Assembly (NCBI GenBank): GCA_051942205.1
Contig: JAVECO010000025.1
Coordinates: forward strand, 62,001-126,000
Source of the DNA: Coniocarpon cinnabarinum
Taxonomy: Eukaryota
Reading direction: 5' to 3'
DNA: 64,000 nucleotides
Made by a program: the position numbers and the translations under genes. A model generated the notes under the pieces. That model did no database searches. It was not told the origin of the DNA and saw only the letters and a program-made list of their open reading frames with translations. This document shows, in pieces, positions 13,730 through 21,745 of this stretch (position 1 is the stretch's first letter; each line of letters opens with the position of its first letter).

Positions 13730-14867
13730 TCAGACTTTGATCGCAGTCTCCAAAGCCTTTCTCCTCTTCTCCATCTTGGCATTGGCTTTTTGGCCCATCT
13801 AGAGAGGAAGTTAGAATGCATACTGTTCCAGTCGGTGTGTCGCGTCGTTGCAGTACTCACGATACCACCACCCCAGTGCCGCCGACTCTCCTCGTGCCGA
13901 CTCTCATACCCGTCTTTGATCGTCTCCACAACCTTGCTCAACTCATTCTTGTCCTCACCCTTGACCTCTGTCAACGCTAGCACTGCTGCCGTCTTCTTGT
14001 GCACGACAGTGCCTAGCCGCGCCTTGCCCTTGACAATGGCATACGGCGTCCCCATCTTGCGGCACAGCGCCGGCAGGAACACCACCAGCTCGATGGGATC
14101 CACATCATGCGCAATCAACACCAGATTCGCCTTCTTGTTCTCAACGAGCCCCACAACGTGGTTGAGGCCGTACTTGACCACATACGGCTTCTTGCTCACG
14201 TCTTCCGCCTTCTTGCCCTCGGACACGGCGGTCGCCTCCTTCTTGAGTCGTTCCTTCTTGTCGGACGGCGTCTCCGGGCGGTACTTGTTCAGTAGCTTGA
14301 AGACCGCCGTGGCGGTGTTCCGGTCGAGGGTGTGTGCGAACTGGGCGAGCGCTGGCGGGACTTTGAGGCGCATGTTGAGGATTTTGCGCTGACGCTGGAG
14401 ACGCACGTATTGAGGCCATTTGACCATGCGGGAGACATTGCGGCGAGGTTGGATGTCTTGGCCGATGCCGAAGTTGCGGGGACGGCGTTCGATGAGAGGG
14501 TGCTATTTCAATTTGTTAATATATGAAGATTCTATACGTGCTATGGTAGTAGACGCAGAGAAGAGATCGGAAAATACCTTTGCGACCTTCTTCGTGGAAG
14601 ATCTGCCAGCCGCCAAGGGCGCCGGCGCTGTTCTCTTTCCAGACTTGGGAGGCTATAGGTCATTGAGACACATCAGCATGATATTCTCATGGTGAAATGA
14701 TGTCTCTAGAAGGTGGCTGGAGGCCTGCCTTCATAGCCGGACGCGTGCTGCAGGCTCTGCTGCTAACTCATCGAAGAGCGCATGACAGAGCTGTGTGCTT
14801 GGAGTCGTGCTCACGAAGCGACTCAAGATGCAGCTGCGCCTTATATTAAAGATTGCAAGCTTACCAT
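13730..14867 (-). CDS. RPL8: 60S ribosomal protein eL8 (L8/L7a), 4 exons (introns 14653-14864, 14503-14577, 13799-13860)
   Basis: ATG-only first exon, then [86 protein letters not shown]. All splice sites are canonical. Confidence 0.96.
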
Positions 14868-15796
14868 TTTCGAGGTCTTTGCGGGAAGAACGAGGGTGGA
14901 AGTGAAGATATTATGATGCGTGAACCTGAAGCTTTGGTCAAGGTACCCGTCAACTGGTGAGTGTGGGTGCTTAGTAATACAGTGCCAGACGAAGCATATG
15001 TGGCAGCGCGCTAATAGAAAGTATCAGAACCGACCCTAGTTTATTATATTCGATCTAATTTTTTCTCTCCCTCTCCATCTTGCAGCGTACCCTAATCGCG
15101 TACAGCAGCTTTCAACGCTCTTCCCGATCCAAGCGCTGACATGCCCAAGAGCGTCCTCACTTCTGCACTGTTGTGCTTGAACCCGGGAACTCAAGCCTTC
15201 ATCAGAGCGCCTCAACACCTCTCAAGAACCTCCCAAGCTTTCCCCTTTCAGCCTCTTTGAATATCAAAGTTGTCGCAACAGCCTAAAGCAATGTTGTCTC
15301 CAAGTAGTTGCATTGGGAAGGGTCTGCTTATGTTGAAAACATGAGGATATTCCGGCCTTTCAGGATCAGAAAAGAGCGCTTGAGTGCCTCTCTTCCAAAA
15401 TGAGTCGTGCGACTTGGACTGCAATCGAGTGAACAGTGGAGCATGAATCATACAGCTTTTCCGTTATTGGAGCAGCTGTCAAGTGTGATGGAAGAACCTC
15501 TATGCTCGGAAATCATAATTGAAAGATCACTCTTGACATTCGGAGCTACAAGCACCGAGAAAGCAGTAATGGCGTGCACCATGATACTCTAAAACAACCA
15601 GTGGTACCTTCACGACTGCTCGACCCATTTGATGCTTCACGGCGAGGGTCCAGATCGGTGGTGCCACAGTAGAGTGGTTCACAAGCCAAGGGTTTGGCGA
15701 GCAACGATGACAAGCAGATCAACCAGCGTCATGTTGTTTGTCTATGTTCGGTACGTTCCAGAGCTGCTTAACCCTCTCCACACAGCATCATATACG

Positions 15797-15877
15797 GTGA
15801 TGATTCGCATAAACCGCAATCTAACTAGAGTCTTCGATCCATTGGAAATGAGACCGGCTTTGCGCACGTCAGTCTGA
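15797..15877 (+). ncRNA. snR78: Box C/D snoRNA, snR78 homologue with an additional snR72-type guide (25S Um2421 and Am876 equivalents)
   Basis: Box C GTGATGA 15797-15803. Guide AACTAGAGTC 15823-15832 is antisense to 25S GACUCUAGUU, ahead of D' TCGA. Guide GCACGTCAG 15864-15872 is antisense to 25S CUGACGUGC, ahead of box D CTGA 15874-15877. The D+5 rule lands on yeast U2421 and A876. Confidence 0.88.
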
Positions 15878-15986
15878 GAAGCTTGCATTTTGCTCTATAT
15901 CGGCCTAAAGACGTACAACGAACAAGGCTGACTTAGAAATCACAGTATCTCAGTATGTTGGCTGTCATTCCATTACCTATGTCTTC

Positions 15987-16062
15987 ATGATGATACACAC
16001 TTCAACACGCTGGAATTACCCACCGAGATAATTGTTGCGGATAACGAAGCCTGCTTTACTGA
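15987..16062 (+). ncRNA. snR77: Box C/D snoRNA, snR77 homologue (18S Um578 equivalent)
   Basis: Box C ATGATGA 15987-15993. Guide GCTGGAATTACC 16009-16020 is antisense to 18S GGUAAUUCCAGC. D' CCGA 16023-16026 puts the +5 base on U578. Box D CTGA 16059-16062. Confidence 0.92.
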
Positions 16063-16217
16063 TATTTAAATCCTTCACTTCATATCGAGAAAATACTGCA
16101 CTCCACTCGTGTACTGACACGTACTAGGTACATCTGGCGTCGCTTCTGCATGCGACTGCAGAGCCACATGTTAGTCGCGGTACGTTTTGTCTCTCGAAAT
16201 GCTGGATCATTGTTCTT

Positions 16218-16316
16218 TTGATGAATCGGCACTGGGCTCTGACAGTATGCACAAAATGCAGCTGGTTGTGAGTGACAAGCCATTTTGCGACCGGCCTCAG
16301 AAACCTCGTCCACTGA
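16218..16316 (+). ncRNA. snR76: Box C/D snoRNA, snR76 homologue (25S Cm2197 equivalent)
   Basis: Box C TTGATGA 16218-16224. Guide GCACTGGGC 16229-16237 is antisense to 25S GCCCAGUGC. D' CTGA 16239-16242; box D CTGA 16313-16316. Confidence 0.87.
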
Positions 16317-16450
16317 ACACGTATTGAGTACTATTTGAGACGCATCGTCCCATTTAGCACACAGGCTGACGTCAGATGCAACAGGTGCTCTGCCTTGAGA
16401 GCTCCATGTTAATTAGTGTGAGTGGTTGGAACCTTCCGTGGCCCTTTTCC

Positions 16451-16529
16451 TTGATGAACTCTAGATGACGAGTCTGATTCGAGTTATCGATGCAGATAAA
16501 AATTTTTTACCATTCATGCATTTACCTGA
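16451..16529 (+). ncRNA. snR75: Box C/D snoRNA, snR75 homologue (25S Gm2288 equivalent)
   Basis: Box C TTGATGA 16451-16457. Guide TAGATGACGAG 16462-16472 is antisense to 25S CUCGUCAUCUA. D' CTGA 16474-16477; box D CTGA 16526-16529. Confidence 0.92.
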
Positions 16530-16679
16530 GACATGATCTGGGCATTTCGATCAATGAACGATTTCCGTGTGCTTTCACTGACGCGAATCATTAGCATTAT
16601 CTTGATCGATATATGAGACACGATACTTTGCAATCAACCCACCAAGCGGTAAGTCGACACAGAAATTTGGTCTGCCTAA

Positions 16680-16758
16680 ATGATGAACAATCTATTTTCT
16701 TGACAAGCATATGTCCGAGCCAGCATCTGGCGACGAGGATATCGTATTCACACTCTGA
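16680..16758 (+). ncRNA. snR74: Box C/D snoRNA, snR74 homologue (18S Am28 equivalent) with a second 25S-directed guide
   Basis: Box C ATGATGA 16680-16686. Guide GACAAGCATATG 16702-16713 is antisense to 18S CAUAUGCUUGUC. D' CCGA 16715-16718 puts +5 on A28. Box D CTGA 16755-16758. Confidence 0.92.
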
Positions 16759-16913
16759 TGCGTTAGGCTCTTGAGCTTGTCCTTGTTGCAACTCAAGCAA
16801 ATCGACACTGATACGCGATTCAGGTTTAAAGACTTTGACCTTGTCTTATCTTTAGAGCTGTAAGTCATACCGATTTTCTAACAAATTCCTGTGTTTTCTC
16901 CCTGTTCTTCTGA

Positions 16914-16994
16914 ATGATGAATTCATATTTTCTCACGACGGTCAACGTAGCCTAAGGCTTTGACGAAACTGCCTTTGACAAGGCGTCTAGCTGA
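16914..16994 (+). ncRNA. snR73: Box C/D snoRNA, snR73 homologue (25S Cm2959 equivalent)
   Basis: Box C ATGATGA 16914-16920. 13-nt guide TCTCACGACGGTC 16931-16943 is antisense to 25S GACCGUCGUGAGA. Degenerate D' (CGTA 16946-16949); box D CTGA 16991-16994. Confidence 0.9.
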
Positions 16995-17223
16995 ATACTA
17001 TGTCCAAGCGATTGATCAGGAATTAAGGGTTTTCTGAAGCTGACTCGTCTTGAACAACAGGGAACTCTTGACGCCGTGGTTCTTATACGAGCTTTGGTCG
17101 ATTCAATATCTCAGACTGATTGAATCCAAGCCGTTCACAGCTCGGCCAATCAGTCCTGACCCCAGGGACGACTGCCGTATCAACCAACCAAGCTTCGGGC
17201 GATCCCCGGGTCTAGGGGCGTTG

Positions 17224-18347
17224 CTAGAGTTTTAGGTCTTCTTCGGCAAGGATATCAACATAGACATCTCTCCTCCTTCCACCGACATCGCTGTCCAAGC
17301 CTACAGCTTGTAGTAATGCAAATCTCAGTCCATCCACACCTAGTCTTCTGCCGCTCTGTGGAGGCCAATTCTTTTCAGAGCTAGTCGCCAGCATGTCTTC
17401 GGACGCTACTGCTCCTGACCGCCTCTCCCTTTTTTCCAGTCCCGCATAGAATTCTTTCACTTTTTGGCGCAAGTCACTCCAGCACTCCGCCAGCTTTTCC
17501 CAATTCGGTGTCTTGCGGCTTCGAGGCATTGCGACATAGTCTACCTTCGACAGCACAAGTTGATGTGGTATGCCGTCCCACCAAAGCATCTCCAAGATCT
17601 GCTGGTCTGAGAGCTTCAATCCGTGGCGGGCATCGATGAGCACGAATACACGCCGAAGTCTAGCATCACAGGAATCAATATGCATTCAGGAACTACGTAG
17701 AAGGCATGAGAATTTACATACTGCTTTCTTCCTCTCAGATACTTCACCACCTCACGTCCTTGCTTTTCCGTACTTCCACTCGCGTATCCTGGCATGTCGA
17801 TCACCAAAAGCTTTCCGCCGCCAGCCTCCTTGCTCGTCAACCGCCATTCAGTCTTTCCCTCCTTCCCACCCTGCACTCCTACCCTAATCACACCGCCTAC
17901 CCCAAAGACGTTCATGTCTCTCGTCGCGCCTGGCCTTTTGCTTACGTGCGCGCCGCCCTTGGTTTTGCTTCCTGCCTTCGTATGACTGAACCCGAGAAGC
18001 GCGTTCAACAAGCTAGACTTGCCTACATTCGAGCGTCCGATGATAGCAACTTCAGGGAAGGGGCTTGGAGGAACATCAAGAAAGCGGGGCGCGTTGAAGA
18101 GATGAACAGGGCGGTGGGCAGCGTTGCTGGGTTGGAAGACAGCTCTGCTGTAGTCCAGTTGTTTTTGTGTCGGTGATGGGGTGGTAATGTACGAAGCGAA
18201 GGGGTTGGGCGCGTCGGGTGAGTGGGAGGGGGTAGTAAATTGGCGACGACGGCAGACCTGACATAGAGGTCGATGACACCGGAGTCGCGTTATCAAACGA
18301 ACAGAAGGCATCAGTGAATGAGATCGAAGACATGAGCGTAGTTGCAT
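17224..18347 (-). CDS. EngB/YihA-family GTPase, probably mitochondrial (Mrx8-like), 2 exons (intron 17660-17721)
   Basis: G1 IGRSNVGKSSLLNAL, G2 PGATR, G3 DMPGY, RRVFVLIDARHG and G4 SKVD. The Arg-rich N-terminus resembles a mitochondrial presequence. A GTATGT..TAG intron joins the two ORFs in frame. Confidence 0.88.
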
Positions 18348-18496
18348 GTTAGAGACGTTTAAAATGACATTGAAGCCTCATAAACTAGGCTTGTCAACTT
18401 GCCTTATAGCTCGTCTTGGCGATCTTGAATCTGCGATAACGTGACGTGCTGAATGTCGAGACGACCTGAAAGACCAGTACATAACAACGGAGAACC

Positions 18497-18928
18497 ATGT
18501 CAGCTACCAGTCACGCGCCACGCGTCCGATCCCTATACCGCCGCCTGCTCCGCGAACTTCCCACCTCCTCTCCCTCTACCCTCCTGAGGCCCTCCCCTCT
18601 TCAACGCCACATACGTACCCAAGTCTCCACAGCACCTACCGCTCCACCCCCGCAGGCAAGCCTTGCACCAGCCGAGGCGCCCTTAGATGTTCGAATCGAA
18701 CGCAATCTGGAAGCTGCGGACCAATACGTACAATATCTACGAGCGCAGCGAGTGCACACGACGTTACTGGAACGATACAATCCTGGAATGAACATGACCG
18801 AAGAGGATCGTATCAGATTGACAGCCAGACGAGTCGGCATGGATTTGCCGGTGGACGTCAAGAAGGTGTTGGAAAGGATGGGCGGAAACGAGGAAGGCGA
18901 TGGAGGTGGTAATCCGGGCAAAGAATGA
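18497..18928 (+). CDS. FMC1: Mitochondrial ATP synthase assembly factor Fmc1 (LYR-motif protein)
   Basis: SLYRRLLRELP N-terminus and YLRAQRVHTTLLERYNPG..IRLTARRVGMDLP, typical of Fmc1. Confidence 0.85.
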   Translation: MSATSHAPRVRSLYRRLLRELPTSSPSTLLRPSPLQRHIRTQVSTAPTAPPPQASLAPAEAPLDVRIERNLEAADQYVQYLRAQRVHTTLLERYNPGMNMTEEDRIRLTARRVGMDLPVDVKKVLERMGGNEEGDGGGNPGKE

Positions 18929-19319
18929 AGTTTTAAAAATCGAGCTATGGACTAAATAGTAGTCGAAAGGCCCAACTATCTAAAAAGGTACACTCATACA
19001 GCAACCGCATCCGATACGATAATACCGCAATGTTCACGATTACCATTGCGACGGCAGGCCAAGCAATGGTGCGGAGCAAAGGCCATAGGAATACTGCTGA
19101 GAAAGAGATATGGAGGGGTTATAGAACATGTGGGTTCTACAATCCGCGGATTTTCGAGCCGAACCATTGAACACTCGGCCAGGTTGAGGGCAGACGACGA
19201 CTGACAATGCCGTCCACTACTTTGCATGATCAGTTTAAAAATGTACAGATGCTGACAGATGCAAACTCTTCTACCACCAACGCCTCGCTAAAACGCACCG
19301 AGTAAATCACGCTCTCAAC

Positions 19320-20210
19320 TCATTTTTCCAACGATCCTCCATCACCAATCCTCTTCCTGATCCCGAAGAAATAATTGCCCCACTCTTCGCCTCCTCTCAC
19401 TTCCCTCCAACCCAACCCCGGCACATACACTACACCCATGGCTCTAGGATGCTCCCAGATCTCCTTCCTGTCTCCATGCTCGAACCATCCCCTTACCTCC
19501 TCCTCGTTCAAATACTTCCGCCAGTCATGTGTTCCTTGAGGCACGATTCGCAGCACACTCTCCGCCATAACCTTCGTCGTGAGCCAGCTAGTCCAAGTTC
19601 GTGCGATTGTGCTCAGGACAAGCCATCCGCCGGGCCTGACGTAAGTCGCACAATGTTCGAGGAATGATGACGGCGAAGGGACGTGCTCGAGGACTTCGAA
19701 GAGAGTGAGGACATCGTACTGGTTATGTGGAGGCAGATCTTCAATGGTTTGCTGGCGATATTGCAATTTGCCGCTTTCAGACGCAAGGACCGGATCACGA
19801 CGCGCATGCTGCTGTGCCACGCGCAGTACCTCTTCTGACGGATCAATAGCTGTGACTGAGCTCGTGCCTGGAAGACGTGCTGCAGATTCCGCAAAGATGC
19901 CACCTCCACATCCAACGTCGAGATAGTCGAAATTTGTGTTGCTTGATTGCGCAGGTACAGTGGATAGGCATGATTGGATGAAATCATGGCGAAGCGGGTT
20001 CATGAGGTGGAGAAGGCGCGATGGTCCATGTGGATCCCACCAACTGCTGGCGAGGGCGTTGAAGTGGGAGACTTCGGCGGAGGAGACTGAGGGGTGGGAT
20101 GCTGTTTGGTGGCGAGCGTGGGTGTAAGCGACATTGCGCGCTGGCTGACGGGACAAGACGTGGACAGATGGCTTCCGTCGAAAAGGTCGCAAGCTCAGTG
20201 CATGCCGCAT
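19320..20210 (-). CDS. COQ3: Ubiquinone biosynthesis O-methyltransferase Coq3
   Basis: SSWWDPHGPSRLLHLMNPLR, SAM motif LDVGCGGGIFAES, FEVLEHV and VPQGTHDW. First in-frame ATG at 20210. Confidence 0.93.
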   Translation of the reverse strand: MRHALSLRPFRRKPSVHVLSRQPARNVAYTHARHQTASHPSVSSAEVSHFNALASSWWDPHGPSRLLHLMNPLRHDFIQSCLSTVPAQSSNTNFDYLDVGCGGGIFAESAARLPGTSSVTAIDPSEEVLRVAQQHARRDPVLASESGKLQYRQQTIEDLPPHNQYDVLTLFEVLEHVPSPSSFLEHCATYVRPGGWLVLSTIARTWTSWLTTKVMAESVLRIVPQGTHDWRKYLNEEEVRGWFEHGDRKEIWEHPRAMGVVYVPGLGWREVRGGEEWGNYFFGIRKRIGDGGSLEK

Positions 20211-21745
20211 AGTCAGGATCTTCGAGCCATTGCTATGATGTATCCACACAACGTGCGGGTGACCATTGGGCGTACGAGTGTTGATGTCTACTTGACAATT
20301 TAGTCACCCTGCCGTAGTGAGTCCGTACGCCGCAACGCTTAGCGTCGTGGTCCACGTGATCTTGCTACTAGAACAGCATCTTTATGCCGAGCAAACGCAC
20401 AGCGACCCAGATAGGTCAAAATCTTGTTGTGTCAATACCGGCAGAGAAGACATGGACATTCATACTGAACCAACAACGCAAGATCGGATCGTAAAGATTC
20501 CAACGAAAGCAAAAGACTGCCCTAGCTAATGTGCATCCTGAGAACCAGTGAGCTGCAGAAAAAGGTACCTAGCGAAGAAAGATAATCGTGGCTCAATCTA
20601 AGATGCGTGATGTGCGTTGACATTGCTTTTTGACCGTAGAAAACGCAGCAAAATTTGAAATAGCTCGTATCTATTCTTCATACTTTTCTTCATGATGTGT
20701 GCTACTTTCTAAAATGCAAAACTTGATCCACACCTGTGCAAGCACCAGGTGCACAGGTCTGCTGATAGCATAGTCCCTTCCGGCCAGTGCGACGTATTCG
20801 TCATGTTTTCTATCTCTATCCAACTGTCTATTACTCCATTCTCTGGTGTTCAGACGCCACCATACACGCTTTAGCTGCTCGCATAGTACTTCGCGCACAG
20901 TGCAAACCTTTCCGAGACCTGGGAAAAATCGAGGCTTAGCATAGTGTAGCCTCTTACCCATGGCTAACAAAGTCACTGTTCGTCTACTCTCACGACCTGC
21001 ACACCGGCATGACGGGTCAGTGCAATAGGTATACGCATACATAAAGCGATGGCATCGCAGAAGTGCAGAACCCAGTCTTCAAGCAACGTGCATCTCCATC
21101 CGCAAACAAAGTCCAAGAGCAGCCACACAGTCTAGCAGACCTACCCCTTTTGACCCCCCAGCCAATACACAGATCCAGCTCACTTGCAGATATGCAAACG
21201 CGCGCATCAGCCAAGCGCAACGTGCCAAACACTCCGAAGAATAAGAAGGGAAAGCGCTCAGCATCAAAGATGCTTCCTTCATGTCACCCAATGAAAACGC
21301 GTTCGCAGACCCGCGCTGAGGCAACATTGAACATCATCTGCAACCGCTCTGACAATGTCACGACTGTCAATGTCTGGACCAAGGGTCAACGTAGTGTGTT
21401 CAGGAAGTATGAGGTCAATGCTAGGACGCGAACGATCAAGCTGAACGAAAAGGCTTTGTGAAGGTCGGGAAATCTCGGGCGATGTCGTTGTGTTGCAGAG
21501 GTGAAATAAACGTGCAGGCTGGGTATTTTAGAAGAGAGGGGTAGTTTGATAATAGATTAGTCTTGGATTTGGGGTCAATTGTATTGCGCCATGACAATGG
21601 TGCCCAAGCTATTCCTACACCACATTGTGATCCCATCCGTTGTTCTGCAGTCTATAATCGTTGCTTCGTCACAGTCGTACTCTTCCAATGTTGACGCACC
21701 GAGTTTGAAACGCCGAAGAGGCTGTTTATGCTCTTGAACCTACCT

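Larger units (their letters stand above)
15751..17060 (+). ncRNA. Spliced non-coding snoRNA host transcript with six snoRNA-bearing introns (approx. 15751-15945, 15953-16127, 16180-16384, 16418-16594, 16649-16823, 16860-17060); TSS and 3' end not determined
   Basis: Each C/D snoRNA is bracketed by a canonical donor (GTACGT, GTATGT, GTACGT, GTGAGT, GTAAGT, GTAAGT), a CTGAC/CTGAT branch site and a YAG. Internal exons are only 7-54 nt and have no long ORF. Confidence 0.85.

Noticed and set aside
13790..14392. 200-aa antisense ORF over RPL8, and similar shadow ORFs over MSH6, BLM10, MLP1 and SCT1
   Set aside because: Typical antisense shadows of codon-biased genes with no independent motifs.
14653..14864. 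Intronic snoRNA in the long first intron of RPL8
   Set aside because: No canonical RTGATGA/CTGA pair with a recognisable rRNA guide on the coding strand. Long first introns are ordinary in RP genes. An H/ACA RNA cannot be excluded by eye.
16296..16312. Second guide before box D of snR76
   Set aside because: I could not match it convincingly to a conserved rRNA or snRNA sequence from memory. It needs a computational target search.
17061..17223. A separate snR72 after snR73
   Set aside because: No box C or snR72 guide lies between the last acceptor and the GTPase stop codon. The guide is instead inside the first snoRNA.
15036..17235. Short ORFs (60-82 aa) across the snoRNA region
   Set aside because: No protein features; they overlap snoRNAs and splice signals that explain the sequence better.
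20671..21461. Two short divergent ORFs between COQ3 and TFA2 (one with repeated MxTR[A/S] basic motifs)
   Set aside because: No recognisable domain, and the plus-strand ORF lacks a clear start. Too weak to call.
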